This document shows positions 58,073-64,000 of a DNA stretch of 64,000 nt, one piece after another. The DNA lies in contig OZ253496.1 in the NCBI GenBank assembly GCA_965262115.1, positions 864,001 through 928,000 of the forward strand, given 5' to 3'. Source of the stretch: Nitrospinales bacterium. Its GTDB lineage: Bacteria; Nitrospinota; Nitrospinia; Nitrospinales; VA-1. Position numbers and translations under genes: made by a program. The notes beneath the pieces were generated by a model. It saw only the letters and a program-made list of their open reading frames with translations. It did no database searches and was not told the DNA's origin. Every line of letters begins with the position of its first letter. The stretch's first letter is position 1.

Positions 58073-58837
58073 TCAGAACCGGGTTCGGCCATCGAGACGG
58101 GTCATGACCTCCACACCGGAATTGGTGACACAAAGCGTATGCTCAAACTGCGCTGAGAGGTTGCCGTCTTGAGTCACAGCGGTCCATTTATCTGAAAGGA
58201 TTTTTAAATCAGGTTTGCCAAGGTTGATCATGGGTTCGATGGTGAACACCATGCCCTTTTTAATTTCCAGACCTTCACCAAAATTTCCGTAATGCAGAAT
58301 CTGCGGTTCCTCATGAAAATTATTTCCGATTCCATGTCCGCAAAACTCGCGCACTACCGAATAACCGTGACCCTCGGCAAATTGTTGGATCGTCGCGCCA
58401 ATATCACCCAGCCGGGCGCCGGGCTTTACGCATTCAATACCTTTCTGCAGAGCTTCCTTACAGACCCCCACCAGTTTTTCCGCTTTTTTACGAGGTGAGC
58501 CAACGAAAAACGTGCGACTGGTATCCCCATGAAAGCCTTTCATGTAAGTGGTGATATCCAGATTGACAATGTCCCCATTACGCAGTTTCCTGCCGGACGG
58601 AATGCCGTGACAAATCTCTTCATTGACCGAAGAGCAAATGCTTTTGGGAAACCCGCGGTAGTTCAGCGGTGAGGGAACCGCCCCGTGGGATACAATATAA
58701 TCGTGGCAAATCTGGTCCAGCCTATCGGTAGTCACTCCGGGTTTTACATAGGGTTCGATCATAATAAGGACTTCTGCCGCAAGCCGACAGCTTTCCTTCA
58801 TGGTGTTTATTTCTTCATCGGTTTTAAAGTGAATCAT
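58073..58837 (-). CDS. map: type I methionine aminopeptidase
   Basis: SVNEEICHGIP, HGDTSRT, GHGIG..FHEEP, TIEPM and AQFEHT. Confidence 0.96.
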   Translation of the reverse strand: MIHFKTDEEINTMKESCRLAAEVLIMIEPYVKPGVTTDRLDQICHDYIVSHGAVPSPLNYRGFPKSICSSVNEEICHGIPSGRKLRNGDIVNLDITTYMKGFHGDTSRTFFVGSPRKKAEKLVGVCKEALQKGIECVKPGARLGDIGATIQQFAEGHGYSVVREFCGHGIGNNFHEEPQILHYGNFGEGLEIKKGMVFTIEPMINLGKPDLKILSDKWTAVTQDGNLSAQFEHTLCVTNSGVEVMTRLDGRTRF

Positions 58838-59727
58838 TGGGTATAACCGAACTCCTTTATGGTCCGCTTCTGGTCTCTCCAGTTGGCTTTGACTTTAACA
58901 AACAGCTTTAAAAATACTTTGGCACCCAGGCGTTTTTCCAGTTCCTGACGTGCCTGCCGTCCAATATTTTTTAACATGCTTCCCTTCTCACCGATCAATA
59001 TTTTTTTCTGGGAGTCTTTCTCAGCATAAATCGTGGCATCGATCTGCACCACACCGTTATTCTGCTCATACATGTCTTCCACCACGACCGCTACCGAATG
59101 CGGTACCTCGAACCGGGTGAACTTCAATATTTTTTCGCGAATGATCTCACCAAAAAGGAAAGTTTCCGGACAATCCGTCACCATCCCCTTGGGAAAATAT
59201 TCCGGCCCTTCGGGCAGGTAATTCAAAATCAGGCTTTTTAACTGGTCCAGCCCATCTTCCTTCAGTGCCGATATGGGAATGATCTCCTCAAACAACGACT
59301 TTTGATTCATCTCATCCATCAACGTGAGAAGAACGGACTTTTCAACCAGGTCAATCTTATTGATCACCAGAACTTTTTTTGTTTTAACCCCCCGCATGGA
59401 ATCCAAAACAAATTTATCTTCAGCACAAAATCCAGAATCCGCTGAAAGCATAACCAGAATCAGGTCCACATCAAAAAATGTGCTGACACTGGCCCGCACC
59501 ATCATTTCGTTCAGAGCCCGGTCAGACTGATGAATTCCCGGTGTGTCCACTAAGATGATCTGCGCGTTGGGAAGATGCAAAACCCCTGTGATTTTGTTCC
59601 GCGTGGTCTGGGGCCGGTTGGAAGTCACCGCTACCTTTTGAGTCAGTAAACGGTTTAAAAGCGTAGACTTGCCCACATTGGGCCGGCCAACGATGCTGGC
59701 ATAACCTGACTTGAAAGGATCTGCCAT
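58834..59727 (-). CDS. era: GTPase Era
   Basis: GRPNVGKST, PQTTR, DTPG, NKID and a KH domain. Confidence 0.96.
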   Translation of the reverse strand: MADPFKSGYASIVGRPNVGKSTLLNRLLTQKVAVTSNRPQTTRNKITGVLHLPNAQIILVDTPGIHQSDRALNEMMVRASVSTFFDVDLILVMLSADSGFCAEDKFVLDSMRGVKTKKVLVINKIDLVEKSVLLTLMDEMNQKSLFEEIIPISALKEDGLDQLKSLILNYLPEGPEYFPKGMVTDCPETFLFGEIIREKILKFTRFEVPHSVAVVVEDMYEQNNGVVQIDATIYAEKDSQKKILIGEKGSMLKNIGRQARQELEKRLGAKVFLKLFVKVKANWRDQKRTIKEFGYTQ

Positions 59728-59841
59728 GGCTATCTGTCGGTTGATCTGAGATTGACCATCAATAAAGTTCGCAAAAAATCCGCGCTGTAAGCTAAAATCG
59801 ATTAAAGATAATTTTGAACCCTTTTCGGCTTTAATCATACC

Positions 59842-60978
59842 ATGCCCACTCTAGGAATCTACCTTCACATTCCTTACTGTCTGCACAAATGCGGCTACTG
59901 CGATTTCAACTCCCATCCCGAAAACCGGGAGGAATCGGAGGTCTATGTTCCGGCCCTGTTGTCAGAGATCGACCACTATGCTTCACGACTGGCTGGCAAA
60001 ATGGTCTCCACTGTTTTTTTCGGCGGCGGCACCCCCACCCTTCTACCACCCGCCAGCCTGGATAAAATTCTCGGCAGTGTAAAAAACCATTTCAATCTCA
60101 GCTCAGATTGCGAAATCACCATCGAGGCCAACCCGGCAACAGTGGAACGGGAGACACTGGAACAAATCCGTTCTTCAGGTTTCAACCGCATCAGCATAGG
60201 GGTGCAATCCTTTGATGCGGAAGAACTGAAACTTCTGGAGCGGGTACATAATGAGGAAGAAATCCACACCACTATCGATCGCGCACGTTTGGCCGGGTTC
60301 AGTAACCTCTCACTCGATTTAATGTTCGGCCTTCCCGGTCAGTCCCCGGAAAAATGGAAATCGCATTTACGGCAAGCGCTGGAAAAGAAACCCGACCATA
60401 TTTCTGCCTACAGCTTAACAATAGAACCCGCAACCTCCTTCTTTAAATTGCAAGAGCGCGGAATCCTTCGGCTATCCCCTGAAGAAATCCAACTGGAAAT
60501 GTTTCAGGACACTATTGAAATTCTGCAATCCGCAGGTTACCAGCAATATGAAATTTCCAATTATGCCCGACCGGGATTCGAAAGCCTACACAACCTCAAT
60601 TATTGGGACAACGGCGAATACCTCGGCCTCGGTGCCGGTGCCTCCTCCTATTTAAACGGAGAGCGTTTCAAGAATACCCTTCTGCCTTCCCGCTATATCC
60701 GCGAAGTGCAGACCCGGGGATCAGCGGTGAAATCCACCGAAAAGCTCGCCCCCCTTAACGCTATGGGCGAAACCATTATGCTCGGCCTTCGCCGTCTCAA
60801 AGGCATCGCCATTGAAGATTTTGAAAACCGCTTCCAGATTTCCTTTAAAAATGTTTACGGCAAAGTGATCGATCCCTTACTCAACGAAGGGTTGATCACC
60901 CTCAACCAAAACCATATGGCCCTGTCGCGTAAAGGACTCAACCTCGCCGACTCGGTCATTTTAAAATTTATGGCCTGA
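59842..60978 (+). CDS. hemW: radical SAM haem chaperone
   Basis: YLHIPYC..KCGYCDF, GGGTP, YEISNY and HNLNYW. Confidence 0.92.
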   Translation: MPTLGIYLHIPYCLHKCGYCDFNSHPENREESEVYVPALLSEIDHYASRLAGKMVSTVFFGGGTPTLLPPASLDKILGSVKNHFNLSSDCEITIEANPATVERETLEQIRSSGFNRISIGVQSFDAEELKLLERVHNEEEIHTTIDRARLAGFSNLSLDLMFGLPGQSPEKWKSHLRQALEKKPDHISAYSLTIEPATSFFKLQERGILRLSPEEIQLEMFQDTIEILQSAGYQQYEISNYARPGFESLHNLNYWDNGEYLGLGAGASSYLNGERFKNTLLPSRYIREVQTRGSAVKSTEKLAPLNAMGETIMLGLRRLKGIAIEDFENRFQISFKNVYGKVIDPLLNEGLITLNQNHMALSRKGLNLADSVILKFMA

Positions 60979-60983
60979 TAAAA

Positions 60984-61775
60984 ATGAACGATCCTGCTTT
61001 CAAAAAACTAACTGAAATTGTCGATACCCTGATGAGTGAAAACGGCTGTCCCTGGGACAAAGTCCAAACCCGCGAAAGCCTGAAACCTTATCTCGTCGAA
61101 GAGGTCTACGAAACACTGGAAGCTTTGGACGGAAATGATCCAGATGAGATCAAGGACGAACTGGGAGACCTGCTCTACCAGATTCTGTTCCACGCAAAAA
61201 TCTCTGAAAACAGGGGCGAGTTCAATATAAAGGACGTGGTGCATGGCATCTGCGAAAAAATGGTGCGCCGTCACCCGCATGTCTTTAAAGACGGCAATCT
61301 GGAAACTCCCGAACAAGTGGTCACTCAATGGGAAGAAATCAAGAAGCAGGAAAAAAACAATGCTCACCGCGAATCGGTGCTGGATGGTGTCCCCAAACAC
61401 CTGCCCGGACTCCTGCGCGCACAAAAACTGCAAAAAAAAGCCGCCAAGCATGGATTTGACTGGGATGAAATCACCGCTGTCTTCGACAAACTTGATGGAG
61501 AAATTGCCGAGTTCAAAGAGGCCGTACTCTCAGGAAAGGAGACCGACATCTCTGGAGAACTGGGGGATATACTGTTCGTGCTGGTCAATATCGCCAAATT
61601 CAAAAAGATCGACGCCGAAGAGGCCCTGCGCACCACCAACAACAAATTCATCCAACGCTTCCAGTACATTGAGCAACAAGTCGCCAAACGCGGCAAAGAA
61701 CTGAAAGACACGCCTCTCGAAGAACTGGAACAATACTGGCAAGACGCCAAACGCGGAAGGCCACGTAGCCAATAG
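60984..61775 (+). CDS. mazG: nucleoside triphosphate pyrophosphohydrolase
   Basis: GCPWD, EE.YE, DELGDLL, RRHPHVF and GFDW. Confidence 0.95.
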   Translation: MNDPAFKKLTEIVDTLMSENGCPWDKVQTRESLKPYLVEEVYETLEALDGNDPDEIKDELGDLLYQILFHAKISENRGEFNIKDVVHGICEKMVRRHPHVFKDGNLETPEQVVTQWEEIKKQEKNNAHRESVLDGVPKHLPGLLRAQKLQKKAAKHGFDWDEITAVFDKLDGEIAEFKEAVLSGKETDISGELGDILFVLVNIAKFKKIDAEEALRTTNNKFIQRFQYIEQQVAKRGKELKDTPLEELEQYWQDAKRGRPRSQ

Positions 61776-61868
61776 CCAGCCTGCCGCTGGCATTCTGATA
61801 ATCCACCTTTGCCTTCAGAGTACAAATAATCTATAGCCGTCAAGCCGACAATGCTATTGCCTCTTCAA

Positions 61869-62192
61869 CTATAGTCCGCCATCATTTCCTCCCGCGTTGC
61901 GGGCCCATTCGGCGAATTGCTCTTCATCTTCGAGGATTTCTTCCGGGACCTCATAATAGTTTTTTAAAGTCTGTTTGGCGGAGGGCTTGAACGGTTCCAT
62001 ACCTCTCTCCTTATAAGATTCGACGGTGGCGGCATTGGTTTTGAAATAAACACAGCCGTCGGCAATGATACCGAAAAATATTCCGTTGCAATACAACCCG
62101 AATCCGCCAAACATGTGTTTGCGCTCCACACCGTTCAGGCGGTGGAGTTGATCCAGAACATATTCTTTGAATTCGTTCTTTTTGGAGTTCAC
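61869..62192 (-). CDS. TfoX/Sxy N-terminal domain protein
   Basis: MFGGFGLY..FGII..YFK..PF..YYEVP..WA. Confidence 0.85.
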   Translation of the reverse strand: MNSKKNEFKEYVLDQLHRLNGVERKHMFGGFGLYCNGIFFGIIADGCVYFKTNAATVESYKERGMEPFKPSAKQTLKNYYEVPEEILEDEEQFAEWARNAGGNDGGL

Positions 62193-62206
62193 TGCATAGC
62201 GTTGAA

Positions 62207-63433
62207 TTATTCCACCGAATATACCCTGCCCCGCCATTCAGTACGGGAAAAAACCAGAATCTGAATCATGGAGTTTATCATGATGGCCGCCATCACCACA
62301 GCCCCTATCGGGAACAGGCAGGCGTTTATGCGGTTCAATCCTAACTCATCACAAGTTTTTATCGTTGCGGCGGAAACCATGCTGACTCCGAACAGGGAGA
62401 GCCCTATCCAGATCCCTCCGGTCCCTGCCACCACATTCCACCCCAGCACCAAGTAGGGCGTCAGCAAAAATGCCTCGACCATGAAAACATAATAAAGCGC
62501 ACGAACGACCGAGCGTTTCATGGCCAGGAACATATTCTTTCGCCAGCCGGTCCAGATTTCTCGGAAGCCATAATACATGCGGATGGAAAACAAGCGCTTG
62601 GCATCGGCAACCATTAGATTGAATCCGGCCTTCTTCAACCGTTTGGCGATCAACACATCTTCCAGCACATCGGCCTTGCCGCCCTCGTGCCCGCCGATGG
62701 CTTCGTAGGCAGAGCGTTTGAACATCAGGAACACTCCTAATCCCATCGCACTTTTGTGATCCGGACTGTTCACTTTTCTAAAGCGTGTGAGGGATGCGAT
62801 GAAACCAAAGATGGTTGGTTGCACCGCTCTTTCCCAGAACGAACCGAACTCTGCCCGAGGCATCATAGTCAGAGCATCCAGATTGCGTTCCCGTAGGGTG
62901 AAAACAGCGGTGCGCAACGCACTGGGCTCAAAAACAGGGTCCGCATCCGTGAACAAAAGAATTTCTCCTTTGGCCTTTTGAAAAGCCTGATGCAGGGCAA
63001 AGGGTTTTCCCAGCCAGCCTTTGGGCAAATCTTCTCCGTCCAATGCGATCAAACGGGAATTGTTTCGCGCCAGTTCTTGAATCAACTCCCCGGTGCGATC
63101 TGTGGAATGGTCGTTGACCACGATCACTTCAAACCGGGGGTAGTGCTGTTTTAAGAGGGACTCCAGGCAAGCCCGGATTCCCCGCTCTTCATCTCTGGAG
63201 GGAACACAGACTGAAACCATAGGCGGGTCATCCATCTCGTGTAAAATCGGTTCAAGGCGAACCAGATGAATAATATTCACCGTCAGGTAAACGATCACCG
63301 CGACAATTAAAAACAGTTGAAAAGATGTCAGTATTTGTAGCAAGAGAATTTCCTTTCGAGAGAAAAGAAAAATCGGATCAAGTCCGAATAATTTGTTATG
63401 CTTAAGAAAGATGGCCGCATAGAAGACCAACAA
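62207..63433 (-). CDS. membrane GT2 glycosyltransferase (CrtQ/HpnB-like); true start uncertain
   Basis: VPSRDEE, NDHSTD, LPKGWLGKP.A, FTDAD, ED..IA, RMY and WRGR. Confidence 0.85.
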   Translation of the reverse strand: MLVFYAAIFLKHNKLFGLDPIFLFSRKEILLLQILTSFQLFLIVAVIVYLTVNIIHLVRLEPILHEMDDPPMVSVCVPSRDEERGIRACLESLLKQHYPRFEVIVVNDHSTDRTGELIQELARNNSRLIALDGEDLPKGWLGKPFALHQAFQKAKGEILLFTDADPVFEPSALRTAVFTLRERNLDALTMMPRAEFGSFWERAVQPTIFGFIASLTRFRKVNSPDHKSAMGLGVFLMFKRSAYEAIGGHEGGKADVLEDVLIAKRLKKAGFNLMVADAKRLFSIRMYYGFREIWTGWRKNMFLAMKRSVVRALYYVFMVEAFLLTPYLVLGWNVVAGTGGIWIGLSLFGVSMVSAATIKTCDELGLNRINACLFPIGAVVMAAIMINSMIQILVFSRTEWRGRVYSVE

Positions 63434-63481
63434 AGCTTAACATATTGCTCCTTGCTCCGCTCACTAGTAACTCCGAACACC

Positions 63482-63934
63482 ATGATAAAAACTCTCATAT
63501 CTATTTTTCTATTTAGCTTGATCTTTTTTTTCGTTGGGGCAAGCTCCGCGATGGCTCTTTGCATCAAAAACGAGAAAGCCAATTTAAGAAAGGGGCCCGG
63601 CACCAAGCACGAAAAACTCTGGCAGGTGTACCAATACATGCCCTTCAAACTTTTATCGACCAAAGGTAACTGGAAACAGGTAGAAGATTTGGACGGAGAC
63701 ACCTACTGGGTCCATGCTCCGCTCACCACCCAGAAATATAAGTGCGCCGCCATCAAAAATAACCAGACCAACCTCAGAAAAGGACCCGGCACAGAACATC
63801 CCAAAGTGAAATGGGCACCTGTGGACAAATATTTTTCCATGAAAGTCCTCAAAATCGAGAACAACTGGGTGCACGTCAAAGACGCTTCAGGCGATAAGGC
63901 CTGGATTTATCGTCCTCTTGTGTGGATTCAGTAA
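63482..63934 (+). CDS. exported tandem SH3b domain protein
   Basis: Signal peptide; two NLRKGPGT..W..V.D..G...W repeats. Confidence 0.88.
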   Translation: MIKTLISIFLFSLIFFFVGASSAMALCIKNEKANLRKGPGTKHEKLWQVYQYMPFKLLSTKGNWKQVEDLDGDTYWVHAPLTTQKYKCAAIKNNQTNLRKGPGTEHPKVKWAPVDKYFSMKVLKIENNWVHVKDASGDKAWIYRPLVWIQ

Positions 63935-64000
63935 CCCCCCCCATTTTCCCTTTCCACCCCCATTAAAATCAGACTTCCCACACCCTTCTATATTAACTGC

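Noticed and set aside
1..64000. CRISPR array, rRNA, integrase or transposase
   Set aside because: The repeats are dispersed and degenerate with no repeat-spacer periodicity; no cas, integrase or transposase motifs were recognised

Overview
A 64-kb bacterial chromosomal segment. Gene content suggests a marine Nitrospina-like (Nitrospinota) nitrite oxidiser, but this is an inference and no marker gene proves it. Most of the window is housekeeping: birA, a polyprenyl synthetase, rsmD-mnmA-suhB, speA, lysA, ald, thiO-bioA-queD, map-era, hemW-mazG, tRNA-Glu(CTC) and tRNA-Gln(CTG). The main candidate system is at 27.6-31.3 kb. There a three-Cys MerR regulator faces a perfect MerR operator with a 19-bp-spacer promoter. 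That promoter drives a Cys-rich operon of DUF169, a thioredoxin-like protein, a SAM methyltransferase, an HgcA-like corrinoid/membrane protein (NVWCAAAEG), a Cys-rich peptide and a tandem YHS/TRASH protein. No hgcB ferredoxin and no merA/merT are present, so this may be an inducible, HgcB-independent metal(loid) methylation system. Other notable items are: a Fur-box-rich iron locus (porin plus a predicted flavinylated FMN-binding protein); a CHASE kinase/sigma54 regulator next to an amicyanin-like copper protein and cytochrome c; an orphan cytochrome b/PCYCGC/TlpA operon; an HO-like diiron oxidase divergent from an EgtD-like methyltransferase; two unannotated, mutually similar 42-aa His-containing membrane microproteins; a decayed island with tRNA-Ala and tRNA-Pro half-sites; a modular intergenic repeat family; a probable CTG start for birA; and several pseudogenes. 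No CRISPR array, rRNA, integrase or transposase was seen. All family calls come from motif recognition by eye and were not checked by database search.
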